This document shows, piece after piece, positions 41,947-52,780 of a stretch of DNA of 64,000 nucleotides. Origin of the DNA: Mitosporidium daphniae (taxonomy: Eukaryota); assembly GCF_000760515.2 (NCBI RefSeq), contig NW_013546689.1:1-64000 (forward strand). The letters are read 5' to 3'. The notes beneath the pieces were generated by a model. It searched no databases. It had not been told where the DNA came from and worked only from the letters and a program-made list of their open reading frames with translations. Every line of letters starts with the position of its first letter. The first letter of the stretch is position 1. The position numbers and the translations under genes are program-made.

Positions 41947-42782
41947 ATGGCCAAGCGAAATATGATGGGATTTGGTGTGCAAGCATCGGGATCAGAGTAT
42001 GCTAGCCACTTCTGTTTCAAGGAAAACCGCAATTTTGCATGGCAGATTTTTAATGCCCTTAGTTTGAAGATATTTCGGGCATTCCATAAATGCTAGAACC
42101 AAGACATAGGCTTTTGGCAGCATCTCGTTTCGCAAATCTTCTCCATTGACGCGGTGTTTTTCGTCGATCTCAAGTTACAAGGCCCATTTTCTAATATCCG
42201 TATGCGCTTAAATTGTTGACCGTAGAAATTCAATACCCTCTTTTGCCAAGGTTCTTCAAAATCCTTTCTGAAAATGACTTTATTGAGACCTGGCATGTTA
42301 ACGACCAGCCAGACAACAACTTTGCGTTACAAATTGTTCGAACTAGCCCCCACCACTTGCTTTCTGGCGTCTTGAACTATCTCCTTGATAATCAAGGATT
42401 GATATGTTTGGCAAATTTCTGCGCAGGCTCCGTCGAGCCGGTAGCCATTGCCTACGACAGTCTTTTCAGATTCTTTATCATTTCAGAAGTTTTTCTTAGC
42501 ACCGATTTTTCGGGGATGTTTGAGCTTTATACGGCACGCTCACAAACCCAACACTTTAGCAGCCCCATTTCCAGCTATAGTTTTCCCGAGCATTCTGAAT
42601 CCGATTCCTTTCAAAATCAAATCTTTGTTTTTACGCAACCATTATCAACACAAATAGAGTCAATTATGGCAGATATTCTGGTCCCTGTAAAGAGCAAAAA
42701 TCTCCAGGTCTTTGGATACCATTCTGAAGATGGCATTCTAACGCCGCCACAGACGGATTTTGCACCCTTTTTATTTTATTAA
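41947..42782 (+). CDS. LIM-domain-binding (LDB1/SEUSS/Mfg1-like) family protein
   Basis: Spliced product contains DIGFWQHLVSQIFS and EIQYPLLPRFFKI, resembling LIM_bind motifs. Three or more short introns. Confidence 0.5.
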
Positions 42783-42841
42783 TTTTTAATTTGCTGTAAA
42801 TTTTATTAAATTTGTTTTTAATTTATGCCCCATTTCTTTTA

Positions 42842-43720
42842 ATGGTCACAAATAAAAGTTACGCAGCTAACCGTGAACAGAGCAAATGTAAGAGATTGAA
42901 GAAAAACAAGAAAAAACGGAAGCTCTCAACCTTCATCAAAGAACTATCCATTTGTTCGTCTGAAAAACAAGTAAAAGTGCCTTCTGTTGAGGTTTCTGCT
43001 CCAACCCTTTCGGAAGAAGAATCAATTTTGTCTGGGGCTCCATCATATGCATCTGGAGAAGAATTTGTAGGTCCAAATGTACGAAAAGCATCGAAAATGA
43101 TTGAAAATATATGTATAGATGCGGATACTTCTGCCGACAATGTAGAGAAAAAATCACTGCTTTCCATATCCAAATCCGAGCTTGAATCAAGAACGAAAAA
43201 CAATACCGAAATGAACTCCGAATACTATTCTGACATTCAACTGGTCCTAAAGCCGGTTTTTCTAAATCAGCCTCGGCCTCCAAGCCCAATCATCGGACCT
43301 TGTTCGTTTGTAGCCCAAATGATGCCAGACAAATCTGCAGCATCGCCTACAAATTGTATTGAGGAGAAAGCGGAAAGAAACCCGAGCCTAATTAAATGGC
43401 ATAAAAATCTTGTCTCCTTTGAACCGGCGTCAAGGCTAGCGACTCAAAGATCTGCGCTTAAACCCAGAAAAGAAAACAGCCCCTCTTCAAGTGATAACCC
43501 TGGAGCAGAAAGCCAGAGCGCAAAGACAGTCACAATCAAGGAGTTTGTTTATTCGGACGACAACCCGATTTCCATTAACATTCTACTATCTAGCCAAGCA
43601 ACCTCGAAATATTCAAGCCTCGCTGTGGATGAATTTTTGGCAGAAATTTCGGCCTCCAGCGATTTCAAGCTTAGCGCGTCAACTAGAAGGAGGTTACAGA
43701 TCACTCGGAAGGGGAAATAA
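42842..43720 (+). CDS. Hypothetical Ser-rich protein with basic N-terminus
   Basis: Open frame of about 290 codons with an NLS-like KRLKKNKKKRK. No family recognised. Confidence 0.55.
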   Translation: MVTNKSYAANREQSKCKRLKKNKKKRKLSTFIKELSICSSEKQVKVPSVEVSAPTLSEEESILSGAPSYASGEEFVGPNVRKASKMIENICIDADTSADNVEKKSLLSISKSELESRTKNNTEMNSEYYSDIQLVLKPVFLNQPRPPSPIIGPCSFVAQMMPDKSAASPTNCIEEKAERNPSLIKWHKNLVSFEPASRLATQRSALKPRKENSPSSSDNPGAESQSAKTVTIKEFVYSDDNPISINILLSSQATSKYSSLAVDEFLAEISASSDFKLSASTRRRLQITRKGK

Positions 43721-43745
43721 ATTTATTGAGTTATTAACTGCGTAC

Positions 43746-45159
43746 TTAGCAGCTTTTAGATTTGCATAGGCGTTTTTTTTCCGATTTTTTCATTTTGCTT
43801 TGACGGCGCAACCGATTCTCTGCTTTGACCAATTTCTTGTGCTGTTGTTTCTCTTCTTTTGATTTTTTCAAATTTTGCGCGACCCTTTTTGTGTGAGGCT
43901 CTGACTCGGTTACCGGGTCGGCTGCAGATGCAAATGCTTCGTCGCAAACGTGCTCAATGGTCTCTGAGGCCGTTGAAGCGCCTTGACCCTCCGGCATGTG
44001 ATTAATTGACGTCATGTTGCAATATAAAAGATCTTCTGTATTTCCGGAATTCAGTTTGTCGATATCTCTTTCAATGTCTACAATTTCGTTCAAAGTCCTC
44101 GGAATGTACGCTTCCAGGAATACTCTTTCGTCCATTTCTTCCTGATAAGAAAGCGATAATTGCGACATGGTAGACATCTGGTTGGTTAGGATCTTTCTTA
44201 TGGCTTGTGGGTCCTTTTCAGTAGCAACTGGCAATGGCTGCACAACAAAATCAAATATTGATCTAAGCGGAAGTATCTTGGAAACATATTTCTTAAAGTA
44301 GGTATTTATGTTCAGACAATCCTTCCTTAGAAACTCTAACGCATAAGGATGATCATGTTCAACGGCCTGGCCAACATCTATAACCCAAAGGGCCTTTTGG
44401 TGGTACAGAATATTATATTCGGACAGATCAGCATGCACCAGCTTACATGTCTGAAATAACGTCCTAACAATGACGATCAAGTCGACATAGAGTTTGAAGG
44501 CTATTCCTGCGGATTCGATAACCGCGTTTTTTAACGTCGGAGAGGGACTAAAAGTTAGCCAAGCGATGCACACATACAGTCCATTTGAATCTCCCAAAAA
44601 TTGCATTAAAAGCACATGGGACTTGAGCAGTATAGGCTCCGGGCAGTTGATACCAGAGAGACGGATCCTAACGGGAAAGCATGCCAAAATACCTTTTCAA
44701 ATTCCGAAGCTCCTTTTCGGCCCAGAGCTGAACCATTTTGCGAGGATTTGACTTGTTATAACCGTGGCGAAACCGAAATTCCCCGACAACGTATTTTTCG
44801 CGGTCCTTAAATATAAGGATAGAGGTTTTGTAGATCTTGACGGCAAAAAAGACATCATCCGACCGGCGGTGCGCACAATAAACATTTGCCTCTTTTCCTG
44901 CAGAGATACAGCCCTGTAGCTCGTCGAAAAGGCCTTTATTTATGATTTTGAAAACAAGCATTCTGGTTTTGGGATCAAGCACAAGCTCCACAGTAGCTCT
45001 GTCAGACTTGTCTGAAACGGTCCCGCATCTAGATGGTAAGTTTAACCCCAAACAGACATACCTTTGATGCAGTTGCTTGATCAAGGAGGTTGATATAGAA
45101 AGATTGGCTAGCCCACATGATAATAGCTCAGCATCAAATTCATTCACTGAAAGGGACAT
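43746..45159 (-). CDS. RIO1: RIO1 atypical kinase
   Basis: Motifs [71 protein letters not shown]. Confidence 0.95.
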
Positions 45160-45182
45160 GAATTTTTATTTTAAAAAAATTT

Positions 45183-46593
45183 ATGCTGAAATCAAAATTT
45201 TCTAATGCCATTCCCTCTTCATTGTTGGAGGACAATCGGCTAGCGCTGGCCATTTCTAAGGTTTTTTGATGCCTTATGTTGATTGTGTAGCTACCGAAAA
45301 ACTATAATTTTGAAATTTACAAGATCGTTTGGTTTCTCAAAAGAAATCAGTCTCGAAGAGGTTATTTCGACCCCCTAACTGTGATAGTTGCCCTTCAGTT
45401 TCCCGAGGGACTGCTGCTTTATGCATGTCTATTATCCGATATTTTTGAAGAGTACTAAAACAATGCTCACTGTATAGCTTTGCTGACGTGGATTGCGTCA
45501 TTATGGGCGATGTCACTTATGGGGCTTGTTGTGTGGATGACTTTACTGCCAAAGCACTGGGGTGTGATTCTCTAGTTCATTTTGGGCATTCTTGCCTAGG
45601 TATAGATTTACAGTTCTTTTCGTAGTGCCGATCAACGTCACCGAGGGAATAAGAGTGCTATATGTCTTTGTTGAAATCCAATTTGATATTTCCCTGCTAG
45701 AAGCGCTAATGGTGGAAAATTTCGCCATCACCAAAAAGCTTGCAATCATTTCTACCGTACAATTCCTTAGTGCTGTTCACGTAAGCAAGGGGGTATTTTA
45801 ATTGTAGAAACTATATTCCACCCTATCGAAGCACGGCTATTCTTCGATTTCCGTTCCACAAGAGCGCCCATTATCGGGTGGCGAGGTACTTGGTTGCACT
45901 GCGCCATCGCTTGGATCGTCTTCAATTGATTCTATCTTGTAACGCATTGCAAAAATATATCCCTTTAGGTATGTGGGTGACGGTAGGTTTCATCTTGAAG
46001 CAATGATGATTGCCAATCCCTCCGCCGAAGCATATAGGTAAAAACAACACCCAAATTCTTATCGTTAGATATGATCCATATTCCAATATCCTATCTCGCG
46101 AATATTACGACCACAACAAATTGCATTCTGTGCGTCTGGGTGCCATTGCTAAAGCTAAAGGCTGTCGGCGAATTGGAATGGCCTTGAGCACTCTTGGTAG
46201 GCAAGGATCTCCAAATATCCTAAGGGTATTACCTAAGCGTTTATCTCCATATAGCATTTGAAGGAGCGTGCTGAAAGCCTGAACATAGAAATCATCCCCA
46301 TTTTAATTTCCGAAATATCTCCTTCAAAGCTATCCCTATTTAAAGATGTCGATGCGTATGTTTTATCCCTTCACATAACCCGTAGCTGGATTCAAGTTGC
46401 ATGCCCACGGCTTAGTATCGATTGGGGTGAAGCCTTTGAAAAGCCCCTTCTTACACCATACGAGGCCTCTGTGCTCTTTGGCTCCATTCCCTGGCAGTCT
46501 CAATATCCCATGGACTACTACTCAAAAAATGGTTTGGGTCCCTGGACAAACTACCATAATGGGAAGGCTGGCTCGAATATTTGTTCAAAATAA
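45183..46593 (+). CDS. DPH1: Diphthamide synthesis protein Dph1
   Basis: Motifs [76 protein letters not shown]. About nine mini-introns. Confidence 0.93.
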
Positions 46594-46641
46594 ATTTATT
46601 TATTTAATCAATCCAAGGGCCTACCCCACACTGGGGCGGTT

Positions 46642-47207
46642 TTATTGTGAAAACTTGGCATTAGAAAACTAAAAATCAAGTGCGCAACACTTACATCCAT
46701 TTCAGGGTGCTGTTCTTGGAAGCGGCGAAGCGTTTCCTGTTGCTTGAGTTGATCGGACGTCGGAAGACCTGCTGCCTTTTGGCGCTGATCAAACATCATC
46801 TTTTCAACAAGAGACCGCGTTTCAAGGTCCAGGTCGGAAAGCTTGCTATTTTCCGGGACAATAGCCTTGGTATCGATCTCTGGATGACCCTGGATGATGC
46901 ATGACCACCACTCTTGCTTATTTTCCTTTTCAAGGTGTATCAAGAGGGTTTTTTTATCCTCTACCTAATGAGATACCAACGATTGGTCACCTATTGTCCA
47001 GGTGGAATCATCGACTTTACATGCCTTATGCAGATCGCCGCTAATAAGAGGGGTGCATGTCGATTTGAATGCTACAGACAAATGCTTTGGCTGTATGGAC
47101 ACATTCAATTGCGAGGCCTTCGTAATCTCGGCAGGTAGATCGAGCAAAATCGTCACATCAGAAAGCGTTTGCTTCCATGAATAGGGAACTTTGGGCTCAC
47201 CAGACAT
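46642..47207 (-). CDS. NUDC: NudC (CS-domain co-chaperone)
   Basis: Motifs [54 protein letters not shown]. Confidence 0.93.
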
Positions 47208-47271
47208 TACAAAAATTAAAATTTATTGCCACATTTAAATGGGAGCCAAAGGCGGCCTGCCGCTGGCTGGC

Positions 47272-48060
47272 CTAAAACTCCAAATCGGCATCGGGGTCCT
47301 CTTCGTCGATATCATCGGCCTCGTCGGGGACATATTGAAGCAGCGAATCAAGTTGGGCCTTCATAAATGGCAGCTGAACGTGTGTTTTTCTTTCCTTTTG
47401 CTCATCGGTGGTATCGAGAGAAAACGTACTTTCCGGGAGTGCTCCTTCGTTCGGCTCTTTTTCTTTAAACAACTGGATGCCTTTGTATGCAGATATCGAT
47501 GTCTCTTTGGTATTTAAAACAGACTTTTCACTCTTAAGGCTTCCCTTGTGAATATATTGAAATGACAATAAAACGTTGTTTGCATCGATCTTTGAAAAGA
47601 TCAAATGCGTCAGAAATAGCCTCCGAATGCCTGCAAGAAGAAAAGGATCGGAAATGAGATCGCTTCTGATGATAAACGAAATCGGCTTAAGGCGGCCTTT
47701 TTGGGACTCCATTTCTTCTAGCAGGAAAATAAAATCATGCAACGTATTGTGTCTGAAAAATAAGCTGATATCTGAAACGACAATCCTGTTGTTTGCGTTG
47801 CTCAAAATCAGCTGCTTTAAGCTGTGCACGCTGTAGCTCTCGATCAAGATTGGCGTAACGTTGGGAACTGGCTGATAGAAGGCCGTTTCGAACGAGGAAG
47901 AAGTTAAAATGACGGTATGGTCGTGGGCGGGGTTATTGTTAAATAAGGGGGTGCATATCCAATAATGTGGGAGCGGCGCCGGAAGCGCCGATTCCGCCTC
48001 AACGCTGGTTTCTAAAAGCGTGGAAAATGATGATGCATTGGCATTTTGAACAATTAGCAT
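47272..48060 (-). CDS. ELP5: Elongator subunit Elp5
   Basis: C-terminal TFSL.TT.EQK.....VQLPF..AQ...YVPDEADDIDEEDPDADLEF. Confidence 0.8.
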   Translation of the reverse strand: MLIVQNANASSFSTLLETSVEAESALPAPLPHYWICTPLFNNNPAHDHTVILTSSSFETAFYQPVPNVTPILIESYSVHSLKQLILSNANNRIVVSDISLFFRHNTLHDFIFLLEEMESQKGRLKPISFIIRSDLISDPFLLAGIRRLFLTHLIFSKIDANNVLLSFQYIHKGSLKSEKSVLNTKETSISAYKGIQLFKEKEPNEGALPESTFSLDTTDEQKERKTHVQLPFMKAQLDSLLQYVPDEADDIDEEDPDADLEF

Positions 48061-48108
48061 GAAAATGTTTGGCAAATTTTATTTTCAATTTGTAGCTGGT
48101 TTTGGAAA

Positions 48109-49566
48109 ATGTCAAATCCAAAATATAAGGCCAAAAGCTACCTCCGGCAAGCGTAATCACATTGCATATCTTTACTTTGCAGTAAAAATTTTACCAAAGG
48201 ATACTCTGACATCGAGATTAAGGTGCGCGAGGCTACCTCAAACGATCCAAATGGGCCCTCGACAACCCTTTTGGAGCAGCTAGCTGCAGCTAGCAACCAC
48301 CAGTACACCGGGCATTGTCTTATTGTAGTTATTTATTTACCGAGCTGATGTCTATTCTTGACCGCCGCCTGAATGACAAGGGCCGCAACTGGCGACATGT
48401 GTACAAGGTTGTTGCCCTGCGCTTGATTTTCTCATTTTAGTCGCTAATCGTTTTGGATTACCTGCTTCTGGCCGGTTCGGATCAAGTTCTGCTTCATTTG
48501 AAGGAGCAGATTTATATCATAAAAACGCTGCTCCACTTTCAATATGTCGATGACTTGGGAAGGGACCATGGATCTTGCGTCCGCCAAAAGACCAAAGATC
48601 TGCTTGCGCTAATAGAGGATCCAGATATGATTGCAGATCGGCGAAACAACCCCCACATGAAAGATCCGCATTCTTTTTTAGCGTTTAATGACGAGAAATA
48701 TGGGCAAAATCTTGGCGGAGCCGGTGGTAATTCCTCGCCCAGAAATGGTTGGAGCAGGGCAAGCTCCTCTCGCACATCATCGCCCTCTGTTTTAAACCAC
48801 AATTCCTATTCAAGCTCGCGAGAAGAGGAAAGGCAATTACAGATGGCACTTGATGCTTCTCGTCAACAAGCGCTTATTGATGCTCAAAGGCGAGCCTCGC
48901 TTAGAAACAACGAGGAGGATGATGTGGAGTTAAAAGCAGCGCTAAGAATTTCTGCGGCCGAAACATCGTCTTCCTCGTCCAAAAAGTCGAACGACGATTT
49001 AATTGACCTTTTTCAGGGCCCGCCAACTGCTTCTGAAATCCACCGAGAGCTTTCTACATTAAGCGTGGGAATGGCTGCTCCTCCTCCACCACCTCCTCAA
49101 CAACATTATTATCCCACTCAATATGCCCAACAATTGCAATTTTCTTCTCACTATCCTCAACAAATGCACCAATCCTCTGGTGAGATGTGGAGTCAACCGA
49201 AGCCTAATTTTTATGTAGATCCCTCCAGTTATCCCACCTATTCAGCGGACGAAAAATCACCTTTAGGTACTCAACAGAAATATTCGGATTGTGTAAATAA
49301 TCCAAGTAGCTTCGCGTCTGATGATCCCTTTGCGGGCCTTTCTTCAGAGTTGCGAAAATCGTGGGCTTTTATTCTTACATTTTAGCTCGCTGGAAACACC
49401 CTCTGACACGGATCCCCGTCCCAACTTGCGACACATTTCAACCCCTCTTTCGAAGTCTATGATGGTTGGCTCCATTCCGGCAAACTCGGTGCCGACTCCG
49501 TTCGAGATTGCCGCTATTGTCGAGGATGAAGAGAGTGGGGAATCACATCATTATAATAAAAAGTAG
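48109..49566 (+). CDS. Epsin (ENTH and UIM domains)
   Basis: Motifs KNFTKGYS...KVREATSNDP.GPS, RLNDKGRNWRHVYKSL..LDYLL, UIMs EERQLQMALDAS and ELKAALRIS. Confidence 0.9.
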
Positions 49567-49669
49567 CCTGTATACAATCGGTCGTCGTAAATCATCGGCT
49601 ACGCCACATGCAAAAGGGGGCGGTGATGACCTAAATTGCGAGTGCGGGGTTCAATTCAGATGGTAACCC

Positions 49670-49855
49670 AACGTACTGAAGGTGCGCTAAAAGTTATTAA
49701 CATGTTGGGATTTGGTTCTGGACACCTCGAACCGGCTAAAATATCATTTCACAAGCCAAGAATCTTGTGCTGCCAACTTGATACCTATACCAGCAAGACA
49801 AGTTAGAAGGCCCAGATTGCTACGGAGACCCGCTCTAGCTCCACAGGGTAAGTAT
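49670..49855 (-). ncRNA. Candidate divergent U1 snRNA
   Basis: 5' ATACTTACC preceded by AAATTT. Four adjacent stem-loops whose G-U pairs favour the minus strand. Sm-like TAACTTTTAG (49696-49687) and a terminal hairpin with C(TTCA)G loop. 186 nt. Confidence 0.55.
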
Positions 49856-50025
49856 TTGAAATTTGCCGAAAGGGGAGAAAAATCCCATCTTTGATAGCAG
49901 CTACTGCTGCGTCAATCGATATTTGTCCCCAAGTGGGCCAAACTGCCCACCACAATGGATGAATTGAGATGCTTTTTACATTTTAGCAGTTTATTGTGAC
50001 GCTGCGGGTGCCTTTTATTATCCAT

Positions 50026-52661
50026 TTACTGCTGCTCCTTTGGAGGTTCCGAGTCGGCTTCGGATTTTGGGGATAAATCTGAACTTTCGTTTTTTCTCTT
50101 CTTCGTATCCTCGGAAGATTCTAGTGCTGATTTGGATCTTTTCTGGAACTCTTTGGCCAGTTCGAGAATGGCGTCTGGAAATGGCTGCGTTGAGGAAGGG
50201 CGACCAGAGGCCGTCGATGATACGGCTACAGTTGATGGTTGCATATTTTGTGGTGAAGGGGAAAAGTCCAAGCCTTGGGGACTTGGACTTGATGCTTTCT
50301 GATCGAGTTTCTTTATGGTGGAGGTAAGAGGCAAGCTCGGAGGATGTGAAGACATGTGCTGTGCAGAGCCTGAAGGCATCTGTTGCGGAGGGTGCGAAAG
50401 CACGGGCAGGGGAGAGCTCGAAGGCAGCTTTTGCGGAGAATATGGCTGTGCTTGCCTGGGTAAAGGGGATTGGGGCGGAGGCGGAGGCCCCGCATTGCGG
50501 GCCTCTCTTTCGCGCTCTTCCCTTGCCAAACGAAGGTAGTTTCGAAAGTAAATAAAAGTAGCAAGTATTGAAAGGATCGTAATTATGGCCTTTTGAAGGT
50601 AGGACCAGATTTTCTTAATTTGAGAATAGAAGACTCTTTTTGAAGGAAAAGAAATCGAGGAAAGTCTTTCAAACATCAAGTTGATCCTACTTTCTGCGTC
50701 GTCAGAAACAGTTGGCTTTTTGACATAAAGAAACTCCTTAATACGCAATTTCGCCAAAGAAAGCCACACAGGAACGGTGGCAGATTCTTCATATATCAGA
50801 ACGAGGTTGTAGTACCGACGCGCATGTTCGTAACTCTACCTTATTAATAAAAAAAGTACCATTGGAACGCCTAAGCCATGCTCGTAACAATAGCCCAAGT
50901 TGTATGCGGCCTGGGCATTTCCGGATTTTTCTCCCTTTGTGTAAAAATCAACGGCAATTTCAAAAAGCGAAGACTGGTTGTTGATGTCTCTTTTTGCCGC
51001 AAAATAGTAGTGGTCACCCAAAGAGATCATGGAATCGATGCTTTTGGCGTACTCGAAAGCCCGCATAAAATACTGCAGAGATCTTTCTGGAGAGCTCTTT
51101 AAAAGAAATGCTGCATTCATGTACCCCACTTCATATCCCATCATCGAAGCAAGCATATATGATACGATTGCCATCGAGGTATGGCCTGACTCGTAAAAGG
51201 CGTAAGCAGAGGTATGAATTTGTGCCAAAGAGCGCTCCGCGCACACGGTCAAATAGTGCAACGGATCTGCAGATGGGATGTTCATATGCGAGTTAACAAG
51301 ATACTCAGACAGCTCAAAGAGCGCCTTTTGATTTCCTCCCGTGCTAGCTGTTTGAAGCATGGAGATGCCTTTGGAATGTTTCAAGCCCGAGGGGTCTAAT
51401 TGCAAAATGTAATAGCAAAAGCTTACGGTTTCTTAGCAGATAAGATCCAAGAGCATATTGCGCCTCGGATAATCCACGGTCTGCAGCCTTTGACCAGCAC
51501 GAAATTGCTTCCTTTTCATCGTGTTCTACTGCAAGTCCTTCATAGTAGAGGATTCCGAGCCCAAACCACGATAATGAGTGATCCTCAACCTCAATGGCCC
51601 GATCAAAATATGAATAGGCAAGCTCTGCATCTGGAAATTCATATCCTAGGCCGCGAAGAGCCATTAGCCCAAGGTAACTTAGCGCCAAGCCATTTTCCTC
51701 CTCTTCTGCCGCCATTTCAAAGTATTTTCGAGCCGAATGGTAGTCTGCAGGCTCTCCTGCTAACCCGTGAAAGTAGTTCTGTCCAAGGGCAAGCTACGAG
51801 GGAAAATATGAAAGTCAATCTTACTTGCACTTCGGCATTTCCAGTTGATGTCAACTCATAAAATCGGATAATGTCGTGCTTTGGACTATTGGCCCCCTTG
51901 TCACCACTTGTAGCATCGATGCGTGTGGGGATATCTTTAGAAAAGGAAGGGACGATCTCAAACTCGGTTTCGTAAACAGCTACAGTTTAAACGGCAAAAT
52001 GATACTCATATTGCAAGCCAGAAGATACATATTGATTGCCAGATTTCTATTGAAAAGCACCCCGATGCCATGGGTGTATTTATAGCCAAGAGCCATATTT
52101 GCCGGTGGATACAGCAGAGAACTTGCTGCCATCAAATGAAGCAGACCCAAATGCGGGTCCGAGTCTTCAACCAAGCGTTCCTCTTCAATTAATGCCAAGT
52201 GAAAGTGGGCTCTTCCGGCTTTGAGGGAATCGTCGGTAAAATCAATCAAGTGCGAGTAATACACCTTTGCCTTGGGAAAATCCGGAAAATTCGTCAAATT
52301 GCCAAACTAACATTGTTACAAAAATAAAAGTCATACAAACGCAAGGTCGCCCAAAACCTCAACGCAATGTGCCTTGATCGAATTAGGCACCTCCGGGAGG
52401 TGCGATATTTTTTCAAGATTCAAAATGGCATCTTCAATTGATATATGGTCTGATTTTGAAAAAAAGGAGAACAGTGATTTCCTTTTCAAATGTGCCTGAT
52501 TGCTTGCATCGCGTAAAATAGCCTCAATAGAGCTGTTGTACAGGGAAATCAGATCGGTCTACATGCAAGTTATTTTAACGCAATCTTACATTGGCAGATC
52601 GAACACATGAAAACAAAAAAAGACATGTATAAAAGCTAGTTAGGATCTGGTGGATTCGCAT
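50026..52661 (-). CDS. Sel1-repeat ERAD component Hrd3/SEL1L-like
   Basis: Signal peptide, Sel1 repeats (AMALGYKYTHGIGV-like, LGILYYEGLAV, AAYNLGYCYEHGLGVP), a TM segment and a Pro-rich tail. Confidence 0.75.
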
Positions 52662-52780
52662 AAATATCGAAGAGGGCTAAATTAAAATCTGCCAAATGCA
52701 ATAGCAAAATAAATTTTACCTTCAAGTTTTATTAGATTCTTTGAAATTGGAAATTATTTCACTTTCAAAAAAATCACCCA

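Noticed and set aside
49623..49679. Plus-strand C/D snoRNA (GTGATGA...CTGA)
   Set aside because: No rRNA-complementary guide recognised, and it overlaps the better-supported minus-strand U1 candidate.
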